Source of the DNA: Tubiluchus corallicola
Taxonomy: Eukaryota; Animalia; Priapulida
Assembly: GCA_030141605.1 (NCBI GenBank)
Contig: JAQGDQ010000166.1
Location: forward strand, 396,882-460,881
DNA length: 64,000 nt
Reading direction: 5' to 3'
Part shown: positions 53,232 through 64,000 of the stretch, in pieces
Layout of the letters: every line of letters starts with the position of its first letter
Numbering within the stretch: the first letter of the stretch is position 1
Translations under genes and position numbers: made by a program
The notes under the pieces: generated by a model
What the model was told of the DNA's origin: nothing
The model's input: only the letters and a program-made list of their open reading frames with translations
Databases searched by the model: none

Positions 53232-56200
53232 CTGAAAAAAGAATTACTCACAGCATAACCAATTTCTGCAAAACCTGCAGTAATTCTTTCTTTTCAACTG
53301 TTTTGCTGTTCATATCTTTCTGCAAAACCTGCAGTAATTTTTCCTTTTCAACCATTTTGCTGTTCATATCTTTACCAAGACATTGTGAAGTGCAGTGCTT
53401 AACCACAAGTACAGCACTTCAGTTTCAACAATGCATCCCAATACAATTGCTTGATAATAAAAATCAACTGCTACTCAATGAATTAAAGGAAAAGATCGGT
53501 TAATTTGGATGTCTGCTAAAAACAAAATCACAAAATAGCATTACAGCTACCAACAATGTTCTTATCTGCTAAAGTTAGTTAGTAAACAAGAAAATATTTA
53601 AAGGAAAACTGAATCCAATCTTAAACTGCAGGTCAAAACAATCTACCATTTAAAATATTGAAAGAAAACGTAACATTTTTTCAAAAATGACTTACAGGAA
53701 AGAATTATTACCTCACAAACACAATTTCGCCCTCGCGTCACTAGTTCTTTGCTGTTACATGCATTTCGCCATTTACTAGTTAGACAGGCACTAGCGTCTA
53801 CATTTGGTAAACACATTGCATGAAAAACAGGTGCTCTACCTCAGAGTTCAGATGTGCTAGTTTGTGACGAACTACACACGTTCGACGGCTAATCCATGAG
53901 CACAGCGGTTAATTTGAAATTCGAATTTTTATCTTAAAACTTACCTAGTTTTAGAACAACACACTGAATAAATTGCAGAAGCGCTGCACTTCAATTTTCG
54001 CTTTTGCAAACACGTCCAACACGTCCGGAATATTTTTGCTGTTGAAAATTGCCAGAAACACTGACATTATTGTAGGAGATAAACAGTGGTGGCTCGTAAT
54101 TAAAACTACTAGGGGGTGCTGCTTCAGAAATTTTTTAGCCATTATTTTAATATTGTGCAAAACGAAACAAGCATGTGTAATTTTAAAAAATAAATGTACG
54201 AATAAACATACAGATAATCAGGTTCTTACGCAGTATTCTGCACCAGGTAATCAGGTACTTATGCAGTATTCTGCACTAGATAATCAGGTTCTTATGCAGT
54301 ATTCTGTACTAGATAATCAGGTACTTACGCAGTATTCTGTACTAGATAATCAGGTACTTACGCAGTATTCTGCACTAGATAATCGGTTGGATCGGGTAGC
54401 GGGTCTTCAATGAGGTAGGATGATAAATATTCTGGTTTCAGACACAACGCCCCACATTTATGCAATGAACTCATGACATCCTATGAAAAATATTAACAAA
54501 TCATGAGCTTGACCATGCAGACATGCATTTCTGAACACAATTAAAGGAAAGGTCCAGCCTTCTAGGAGGTTAGGCTTATGTCAATATTCGCGAAAAATGT
54601 TAGGATTTAGTAATAAAACTGCTATTGTTCGCGCATTGTTGACTATAAGTGAATTTATACGCAAAACTTTGCTAGTGCATGTATTAATGCACTCTTTATA
54701 ATACTAAACTCACTTATCCCCAACTTTAATGGCAATTCCAAAGCAGGCGGTATAAAGAGGTGTACAGTAAGTCCTCGCTTAATGAGGTAATTCGTTCCAG
54801 CAAAATGCGGCGTTAAGCAAAACGTTGTTAAACGAAGCCAAGACTTTTGCAGAAAGTAATGTAAAAGAATTGAGATACGTTCCTGAAGCAAAAATCAATG
54901 CTGCTTAAATGATATAAATTAAACGTTTTATGAGTTTTATTTATGTTTCTACTGATTAATTTCTTTCTGCCTGCTTGAAACCACCTGTATATCTTAGTTA
55001 ACTAGCTACCGGTTTTTCTTTCATTAATGTTTAAGTCTAGGCAGCAGTTAAACAATAAACACTACAGCAGAGTCAAAGCCAAGCACTGGGCAACCTTAGG
55101 AATTTTATCTAGCCTGGTTGCTATAACAACACATTGCAGGCAAAATTCTTTGCATAAAGTTTGCTCCCGTCTCACTTGACACAAACAGCATTTAGTGGTC
55201 AATCGGGAAGCAAAAACGTATGTACTTGTATAATAATTGCGCTGTTTACGTTTCCAGTGTGTTTTTAGAACAACATAAAGTAATATGCATTGTTTTTGTA
55301 AAAATGTTGTTGATAAAATGAAAATTGGCTTCGGGCAAAGTAAGAAAATTGTCGTTAAAACGAAACACAGCGTCGTTATTTAAAAAGAAGCGTCACACGT
55401 TCAGGGTCGTTAAATTGAAAAGTCGCTAAACGGGAAGTCGTTAAGCGAGGACTTGCCGTGTGATGATAAAATTCAAATAGAAATTAATACCTCGTCGATT
55501 TTGATTTTGTTGATATCTATGAAAGCATGTGTGACATCAGCGAGATCTTCGAAAGGTGGACGGGTTGCGACTACAACACCACCACCTGCTTCTATTAACC
55601 TACGAAAACTTCCTTCGCGTATTCTGCAAAAAAAGTAAGTAGAAAAATGAGGAAATAACAAAAAATAAGACATAGTAAGAAGAGAATTTCAATTTTCAAA
55701 TTTTACATAAACAAAACGAGCCCAGAATTTTCAGGTTTGTTTTGGTCAACTACAAAAAAGGCAGGTTTAAATGAGTTTTATCTTTTCACAGAGTTCTCTT
55801 CTCATTCTGACCCACTGACTCTGGTATCAAAATGCTACGTACGTCTTTGATAAAAACAAATAAACAGTGGCGACTCGTGTATAGGTACTGTGTAACTGCA
55901 GCAACTCCTACTTTCACTCAATATTATCAATTATATTGAATATGCCTTTTTTCTTTATACTTGCACGGAACCAGAGCACGTGAGGATAGTGCCATTTGCT
56001 TCACAGCCCAGCACAGTATGCTCCAGCGACACGGTGCTGCACATGTGGCCATGCGCACCTGTCTGAGCTCAGGTGTCCCGCCCATCTCTATTGTGAATTT
56101 ATGATTGCTTATTTAATAAACAGATTAAACAATTACTTGTGGTGTATTAGAAACACTATTAACCTAGGTTCTATGTGGTCATTATTAATTACATGTATTT

Positions 56201-59200
56201 GCTTAGTGCTTATATTCAAGCGCAATTGCTTGTTGTGTAGTACCTTGCACCTGTTCGTTATGTAGCACTTATATAAAGCTGAGCCCAGTAACTGCTTGTG
56301 GTGTGTTAGAAAATGAGCTCTTTACATGAATATGAAAGCTACACATTTTCCAAGGAGAATAAGAATTTTTTCTAAAATGTGACACCCTCAAACTTTTGCG
56401 CCCTAGGCTATAGCCTAGTTTAGCCTATGGGTTAATACGCCTCTGAATGTGCTTTGCTTGTTGTTTGTATGTATATGTTTGTATGTACATGTATATATTT
56501 TAACGTATATTGTTTACTTTTTATATTTGGCGTGAAATAAACTCAAACTTACCTGTCCATGATCACGACTTTCCAGCCTTCAAACGCTTTGCCACCCGAT
56601 TCTCTCCATCGTCTGGCAGCTTTTGCTAAATTCCTGCACATCTCACCTTCACATAACCTGATGGCAACACAAAACACTTTGTAAAACAGATCACGACTAA
56701 CGAAATATGTGTTCAGATGATAGACTACTACTATGAGATAATTTTAGTCAGACTAAACACAGCCTGATAAAATGTAAGTGTGCGGTAACATGAAAATGCT
56801 TATTATAGCAATTTAATATTGGGTTTATTGATCAGTCATCAGATTGTTTATCAATTTGTAATTAGCAAAATTTTATTCACATTTTAATTACACTGAAAGA
56901 AAATTAAAAAAGCAAAAATGCCGTACGTTAAGGTGACCTCTGTGCCCCATTCATGCTCCTCTTCCAAGACAAAACACTGCTGAGTTCGCGAAGCTTCCAA
57001 GTAAGATTTGTGTAGGATCCACTTACCGGCTGCCAAGCAAGACAGGTACTTTTCATTGCGTGTCGGATTACCTACAAAGAACAACGAATTATCATTACAC
57101 AGTGTCTTGGCACATTTAAAATTACGAAATAGAAAGTGACACTGAATACATCTTATCGAGATCCCACCCAGATCAAGGCTGACTTATCGAGATCCCGCCC
57201 AGATCGAGACTGACCTATCGAGATCCCACCCAGATCGAGACTAACCTATCGAGACCCTACGGAGATTGAGACTGATCTATCGAGACCCCACCCAGATCAT
57301 GACTGACCAACTGAAAGCGCAAAGAGATCAAAACTGACCTATCGAGACCCCAATGAGATCAAGGCTGACCTATCGAGACCCCGCTGAGATCGAGATTGAC
57401 CTGTCGAGACCGCGCTGAGATCGAGACTGACCTGTCGAAACCGCGCCGAGATCGAGACTGACTTATTAAGACCTCGCCAAAATCGAGACTGACCTATAGA
57501 GACCCACACAGATCAAGACTGACCTATCGAGACCTCGCTGAGATCGAGACTGACCTATCGAGAACGCGCTGAGATCGAGACTGACCTATCGAGACCCCGC
57601 CAAGATCGAGACTGACCTATTGAGACACCGTTGAGATCGAGACTGACCTGTTGAGAGCGCGCCGAGATTGAGACTGACCTATCTAGACCCCGCTGAGATC
57701 GAGACTGACCTATCGAGAACGCGCCGAGATCGAGACCCCGCCAAGATCAAGACTGACCTATTGAGATCCCGTTGAGATTGAGACTGACCTGTCGAGAGCG
57801 CGCCGAGATCGAGACTGACCTATCTAGACCCCGTTGAGATCGAGACTAACCTATTGAGACCCCGTTGAGATCGAGACTAACATATCGAGAACACGCTGAG
57901 TTCGAGACTGACCTGTCGAGACCCCGCCGAAGTCGAGACTGACCTATCGAGACCACGCCGAGGTCGAGACTGACCTATTGAGACCCCGTTGAGATCGAGA
58001 CTAACCTATCGAGAACACGCTGAGATCGAGACTGACCTGTCGAGACCCCGCCGAGGTCGAGACTGACCTGTCGATACCCCGTTGAGATCGAGACTGACCT
58101 ATTGAGACCCCGTTGAGATCGAAACTAACCTATCGAGACCCCGCTGAGATCGAGACTAACCTATCGAGACCCCGCTGATATCGAGACTGATAACAGCTTA
58201 TGATTTGAAGGAACTGGTCTAAAAATAGCACAAAGTTTTGCTTATATTATAACAGCACTGCCGCAGGCAGAGGGAGGTTTAATAGAATGCTATTTATGAG
58301 TAAAAAACTCGTAATATTGAGACTAAATTAATTGCCTAATTTTGAAGAAATTAATTCTATTCAGGTATTAAACTGTTATGTATTTTTTCTTACCCTCTCC
58401 AACTCCCAAAAAGTGCACAATGTGGCATACATGCAGGTAAGATAAGCTACGAATCAATAAATTTAAAATAAATTGAAATGAAAAGTTTTTACAAGTTTAT
58501 ACCTATGACGAGATGCGTGCACTCTAAGTCAAAATATTGTGAGGTAGAAACTTCGCCACCCAGTTGCTCTATAAGCCCTCCGTATTCATCTCTTTCCTGT
58601 TCAATTACAACAAAATAAGATTCATAGCACACAGTCATAAACAAATAGCAATTGGAATTTTCAAATTCAAATTCTGCAAACCACAAAGCAAAGATAACGG
58701 ATGTTCATGTTTACGAAATACAGTAATCACCACTTAATAAAACCATCGATAATCAAACCAGCCGCATTTAGGCACGGTCTGGAATTACCAACATAGAAAC
58801 TATTGTTAAGAAATTAATGTTACAGTGCGCCGTTTAGTTAGACCACATTTTCCAGTAATAGGAGAAAAAAGCAATAACAAAATGAAAAAATGAAATGTAT
58901 TTTTGATAGTTTGTCTGTTATTAGATATGCAGTTCACCTCTTCTTAGTCAAATTCGTAAAGAAAGTTAAAGGAAAGAACAAGTCGCTGAGTATATTGGGT
59001 TTATTTTACTGTTATCACTTAAACTGTTTGTCGTGTGCTAAAGGAAAGAACAATTTGCTCAGTATGTTGGGTTTATTTTACAGTTATCAATTAAACTTAG
59101 AAAAATGTAACAAACAAATTTGCAAAGAACTGCCTATAAAGCTTAATTTTAAAATAAACTACCTCTGAACAGAAATTTTCAGGCGTGGTGGTTGCCACCA

Positions 59201-62200
59201 TTCACTTGAAAATCATGACGTAACTGGGAGACTTCCCGACTTTTCGTAAGCGCATCGTGGCTTTCCGTAAGCGTGCGCTGCTTAAACTAATTCAAACTTC
59301 TGCAGCTTACCTAATGTTCACGCAAGAATATTACAAAATTAGCTTTATAATTTTTTTATAAAAAGCTTATTATACTTTTGATGAAGATTAACAGTGCACT
59401 ACTTTCTTTCAAGACGAATGGCGTCATTGGAAGAAAAATTGACATTGAAAATGGGAGCGGCCCAAGCATGAAGTGATCGCAATTTTAAAGTGATTTTACT
59501 AGTTACACGAGGCGCTTATTGCAGTTTTCGTAAACATTGAAATAAGGATAACTCATCCCAGAAGGCTTAGCCTTTCCTTTAAAGTCGACTGTTGCCTCAT
59601 AGCGTCTCTTTGTGTATGGCTACCGAAGTACATTTACTCTGTTGAATAAACAGTTTTGAACTTGTTTGTACGCACGAGTCATTCTGTAGGCATGCGAGTG
59701 AGTTGACTGTTTAATTGTCATCACATTAATTAAAGTCACCCTTTTACGTACTGTACATTGCGAAGTACACAAACTTGCAGCACATTATAAAACCATATCT
59801 ATTAAGACTGCTTATTCCTGGTTCCATGCCGTGGCGGTTTTATTAACCAGTGATTACTGAACAGGCAAAACCTGCAGCTGTATTAACGGAATGGAAATTT
59901 CTTTTACAACAACTCTGTATACGAACCTGGTTTGCTAAGCCGGAAAGCAAAAACTTGCGATGTTGAACAGCGGGAGGTGCGGAAATTTCAATCGTTTGTG
60001 CGGCATTCGGCTTTGGCAATGGGAATGCTGAAATTGATGAAAACTAATAAAAAAACAGCTTAAGTGCAATTGTAACCTATGTAAAAGTCTTGTATTAAAG
60101 ATAATATTAAGATATAATTTGTGCTTGTAAACCAAAATCATTCATAGTTAAAACTACGTTATGATGCTTCAAAGTCGAATGCACCAAAAATTTAGTCAAA
60201 TGTGAATTTTTTGCTTTTTTTATAAAAACCAATGCTAAATATACTGGACTTTTATATTCTAGCATCAAATTATCAACTAAATGTTCAAAAAATACAAAAA
60301 TTTATAACCTTACTTTTATAACCCTCTACCCACTTTTCTGGCTAGAAACTAGTACTACAATTGTAAAAAACTTGTATTTTAAAACTCCAATTGTAGCTCG
60401 TGGAAGCAGCCATTTTGCCTTGGGTTTTCTCTGTCGCCAAGACCAGATCTTTGTCAGGAAGAGCCATCTACTGGATTTAAACATAACTTCAATGTGTTCT
60501 TACGAAGTATTTGCAACCAACATTTGTATGGTTGCTAAGTGTTTTGTAAAAATGCGACAAAAAACAATGGCTAACTTTAACAGTGATTTTCTCAAGGTTA
60601 TGTTTTCAAGTGTGCAGCCTATACCTCAACTTCGACGTGGATTATCTCAGCTTAGAAATAACATAGAGTGATGAACTTGGTATCAAAATGATCCTCATTA
60701 AATGGAGATTCAGGATACGTGAATAACTAGAAAAGCTTAGTTGCCCTTATGGACAATTTTGCTATGCAAGCATACACATAATATATGATAGAGGTGCCGA
60801 TAACAGACTCACTTTGGGATGGAAGTGTTTTGGCCCAATTAACCTTATGAATGTATTAGCCGCCATGTGTAGTCAATTACTAGTATAGAAGTCATCACTC
60901 GTCAGCTTAGTATGCATTGCAAAGGCTGCAAAAGCTTGAGACATTACTTCTTTATACTTATGCTCTATTTAACTCTATGCTCTTAGTTGTTCAATGATAT
61001 TTATGCTTGTAAAGTTGCAAAGAATTCTGGCAGATTACTGCCGCTGCATCGGTAGCAAAAAGCAGCAAAAGTTTCAAGAGGAAACCACTAGGCAATTAAA
61101 AGTTTATCAACGAGGTTCTATATATAGCTATATAAATTCTTTGACTATGGTGACAGATTCAAAGCAAAACCTAAAGGCGTGGCTTAACAGACTCAGTTTG
61201 GGACCGAAGTGTTCTGAGTCAATTACGCGACTGATTCCATAAGTACTAAATTTAAACATCGAGTCTAATGAATGGCGCTGGCTGTACAATAATATATTAC
61301 AAACATAAATACTTATAATATTAGAGAAATAAAACGATTCAATCAAATATGGTTGACATATTTCTTTGTGAAATACTAGTAATCACATATGCAAAACAAA
61401 TTACTGAGAATCAGGCCAACCGTGTATTAAACAAACATATGCACAAAATATTCCAATCCGAGAGGTTTTTTTTGTAATACCTATAGATGGCGCCTCTGGT
61501 GTCTGAGTGAATTGCGGTTCTTTATCTTCGTCCTTTTCGTCCGTCTGCACGCGTTCATGCAGCGAGCTACTCAGCAACTTACAACCTTCCTATTAAAAAT
61601 GTTAAAAAAACCATTTACAGAAACAACAAGACAATATAAAAACAATTATTTGTTCACAAAAAGAAAATTAAAGGAAGACAGGATGATTTTTCATAAACTA
61701 CCCCATATTCAAGTATCGTAAAAAGGATACATTTTAATGCAATTAATACTGCAAAAGCGTTTCTGATAATTACATAATATATTAAAAACTTAATTAACGG
61801 CAGGCGAGCCCAACTGTTGATGCCATAACAAACTAACATGATTTTCAATAGCAAAAATATTTTAGGAGCGTGTTGCACACGTTGAAGTACAGTGTTACTG
61901 TAAGAGATTCGGGGTGTTGTACTAAAACTAGACAAAGTTTTAAGATAAAAATTCATATTTCAAATTTACCACTGCGCTCACGCATTAGGTGCTGAACGTG
62001 TGTAGGGCACACCCAGGCAGGTGTGCAATAACAAAATTTTACCCAGGCGATTAGATGGAAACAGAACTGAGTTGGTTTGAATGTGACATGACAATGGAAA
62101 AGCACAATTTGTTGATAAAATCACGGTGTGAACAAGATACTAACTGCGAAACTTGCCTTATAATCGATAACAATCAATTACCTTTACCTGTGAGTTGTGA

Positions 62201-63102
62201 TAACAATCAATTACCCGTGAGTTGTGATAACAATCAATTACCTGTGAGCTGTGATAACAATTAATTACCTGTGAGTTGTGATAACAATTAATTACCTGCG
62301 AGTTGTGATAACAATCAAATACCTTTGCCTGTGAGTTGTGATAACAATCAATTACCTATGAGTTGTGATAACAATCAATTACCTGTGAGTTGTGATAACA
62401 ATCAAATGCCTTTACCTGTGAGTTGTGATAACAATCAATTACCTGTGAGATGTGATAACAATCAATTACCTGTGAGCTGTGATAACAATCAATTACCTGT
62501 GAGCTGTGATAACAATCAATTATCTGTGAGTTGCGATAACAATCAAATGCCTTTACCTGTGAGTTGTGATAACAATCAATTACCTGTGAGTTGTGATAAC
62601 AATCAATTAAATGTGACCTGTGATAACAATCAATTAAATGTGAGATGTGATAACAATCAATTACCTGCGAGTTGTGATTTGCATCTGCTGCATCGTCATT
62701 CTGACTTTCCTGTGAACGATTCCACACCATCTCTGCCCTCTCAGCGTTTCCTACTGAATCATCCCAAACAACGGGAACAGACTGCGACTGGGATTGATTA
62801 GCCACTAAAAATAACGAGCAGTTATTTGAGATGTTATATGGATTTTGATTTAATAAAAAAATCATCATGCAAACCTCAGATGAATGTCTAGAACAATGAA
62901 TCTAAATCTATAGAAGCAAAGAAAAGTGGATAAATTAGCAATAGCTGCTGTTTAAGAAACGTCATTTAACGACACACTTTTCTTAGACGAATGCCGCTGT
63001 CTAGAAGACGGTCGACTGGCCTGCGTCGCGCCAGCTGAACTGGTTGGCGTGCTTCTAGATGTCAGCTTCATGGTTTTTTTAGCTCTTTTCTTAGTACTGC
63101 TC
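53162..63102 (-). CDS. TOPBP1: DNA topoisomerase 2-binding protein 1, 3' part (AAD, BRCT7, BRCT8, NLS); 5' exons lie beyond the window
   Basis: Ten in-phase exons giving [12 protein letters not shown] (AAD tryptophan motif), [105 protein letters not shown] and a basic tail; matches TOPBP1 C-terminal architecture. Confidence 0.93.
54220..54384 (-). repeat. 33-bp x5 minisatellite made of the TOPBP1 exon end plus donor
   Basis: Unit on -: GATTATCTAGTGCAGAATACTGC|GTAAGTACCT. Confidence 0.96.
54362..54480 (-). CDS. TOPBP1: TOPBP1 penultimate exon (BRCT8 end)
   Basis: [41 protein letters not shown]|gtaagt. Confidence 0.9.
54765..55458. mobile_element. Tc1/pogo-like MITE
   Basis: ta-cagtaagtcctcgcttaa ... 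ttaagcgaggacttgccg TIRs. Confidence 0.75.
55491..55623 (-). CDS. TOPBP1: TOPBP1 BRCT8 exon
   Basis: [44 protein letters not shown]|gtatta. Confidence 0.92.
56553..56657 (-). CDS. TOPBP1: TOPBP1 BRCT7-8 linker exon
   Basis: [36 protein letters not shown]|gtaagt. Confidence 0.92.
56927..57071 (-). CDS. TOPBP1: TOPBP1 BRCT7 exon
   Basis: [50 protein letters not shown]|gtacgg. Confidence 0.92.
57150..58190. repeat. 31-bp minisatellite (gagatcgagactgacctatcgagaccccgct)
   Basis: Directly visible. Confidence 0.96.
58503..58596 (-). CDS. TOPBP1: TOPBP1 BRCT7 exon
   Basis: [32 protein letters not shown]|gtataa. Confidence 0.92.
59927..60027 (-). CDS. TOPBP1: TOPBP1 exon, start of BRCT7
   Basis: [34 protein letters not shown]|gttcgt. 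Confidence 0.88.
61481..61589 (-). CDS. TOPBP1: TOPBP1 exon
   Basis: [37 protein letters not shown]|gtatta. Confidence 0.85.
62166..62678 (-). repeat. 27/33-bp, about 18-copy minisatellite made of the TOPBP1 exon end plus donor
   Basis: Unit on -: ATCACAACTCACAG|GTAATTGATTGTT; four units carry a 6-nt GTAAAG-like addition. Confidence 0.96.
62665..62804 (-). CDS. TOPBP1: TOPBP1 ATR-activation-domain exon
   Basis: atttttag|TG then [46 protein letters not shown]|gtaatt. Confidence 0.85.
62978..63102 (-). CDS. TOPBP1: TOPBP1 Ser/Arg-rich exon preceding the AAD core
   Basis: tttaaag|G then [42 protein letters not shown]|gtgtgt; phase fits next exon; donor is weak. Confidence 0.7.
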
Positions 63103-63530
63103 CTTTAAACAAATTAAAAATATTTTAAAAATTAATATTATTCTTGAAAATTACACGAAACTTGATAAGTTGTATAAATATTATTGATACAGACAGGAAT
63201 GTTGGCGTTAGGAAGGTGTAACAATTACCATATTGTACTCATAGATATAAGCTACTACATAATAGCAGAATTACGCCATCTAGTTACCACTTTGACATAA
63301 AATTTGCTAAATTTTATGCATATGCATCGTATCTTGTTAGTCAAAACTGCTTCGTAAACTTTTTTGCGAAAAATGCAATTAATTCTGTAAACCCTGCCTT
63401 GTGACACACGACTGATAACTATTGAGATATGAATACAACAACAATCGAAATGTGTATAATGCTAAAAGTGCAAATACGCATGTAAGACCATTTTGAATTT
63501 TTACACGGAAATAAACTTAATCTGTTAATA

Positions 63531-63640
63531 CAGTGGTTCCCAAAGTAGGGGTAAATGACCCCCCGGGGGTAATATGTTTTTTTTGGGGGGTAACGGGCAC
63601 CCCTCTGAAAATTTTTAAAACTTCGCTCGGAATGCATTTT
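63531..63640 (+). mobile_element. hAT/Charlie-like MITE end
   Basis: cagtggttcccaaagtaggggtaaatgacccccc terminus. Confidence 0.55.
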
Positions 63641-64000
63641 ACGTAGTTTTCTTCTTGAAGAGACTGCCTCCGGCAGGCAACAGTGTCATGGGGTCCATCA
63701 TTCGCACGTTCCCACGAGATCTGGTGCGATCCTAGGGAGCAGTCAAAGTTCACGATTGTTTCTTTGGTTTCTTCTCTATCGACATTTCTGCACAGCGTTT
63801 AGACTTTAGAGTTTAGAACAATACAACAACAACACCTAGAAATTTATTTATGTCACGAGCAAACATAAATAATTTTGCTTGCTTGTGGCATATACGTGTG
63901 TTTATTTCATTGAAAACTTATTGCTGTAATTTATTATTACAGATAAAACGACAATTGCTGCATGTTAAACATTTGATGTTCTGGAGTTTAAATGTAGTAC

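Noticed and set aside
53262-53372. 53-bp duplication near the TOPBP1 last acceptor as an acceptor-side array
   Set aside because: It lies wholly within the intron and does not include the AG at 53232-53233 or any exon sequence.
57150-58190. CRISPR-like array (also considered for 32350-32812 and 17019-17615)
   Set aside because: Head-to-tail units with no unique spacers, no cas genes, and a eukaryotic intron context.
63643-63790. Further upstream TOPBP1 exon
   Set aside because: A phase-compatible reading exists (ccctag|DRTRSRGNV..KKKT) but it has no recognisable TOPBP1 motif and abuts a MITE end; not supportable.

Overview
AT-rich, repeat-dense genomic DNA from an invertebrate animal, not a prokaryote. 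It holds two convergent multi-exon genes that I reconstructed by hand with consistent splice phases. (1) A SCYL2-family pseudokinase/HEAT-repeat gene on + (about 20 coding exons, 5167 to about 46810, roughly 785 aa, one GC-AG intron, uncertain last exon). (2) The 3' half of TOPBP1 on - (ATR-activation domain, BRCT7/8 and basic C-terminal NLS; 63102 down to 53162; the 5' part lies beyond the window). The introns are filled with TTAA-flanked, hAT and Tc1/pogo-like MITEs, RTE and CR1/L2-like LINE remnants, solo LTRs, Penelope-type hammerhead remnants, minisatellites and microsatellites. The most striking signal is that exon-intron boundaries themselves have been tandemly amplified. Three independent minisatellites have a repeat unit made of an exon 3' end plus its 5' splice donor: 27 x 33 bp in SCYL2, about 18 x 27/33 bp and 5 x 33 bp in TOPBP1. 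A fourth, degenerate donor duplication follows SCYL2 coding exon 1. All three arrays have periods divisible by 3, which creates ladders of alternative donors. Whether these donors are used cannot be seen from DNA alone. Protein family assignments rest on recalled motifs, not database searches.
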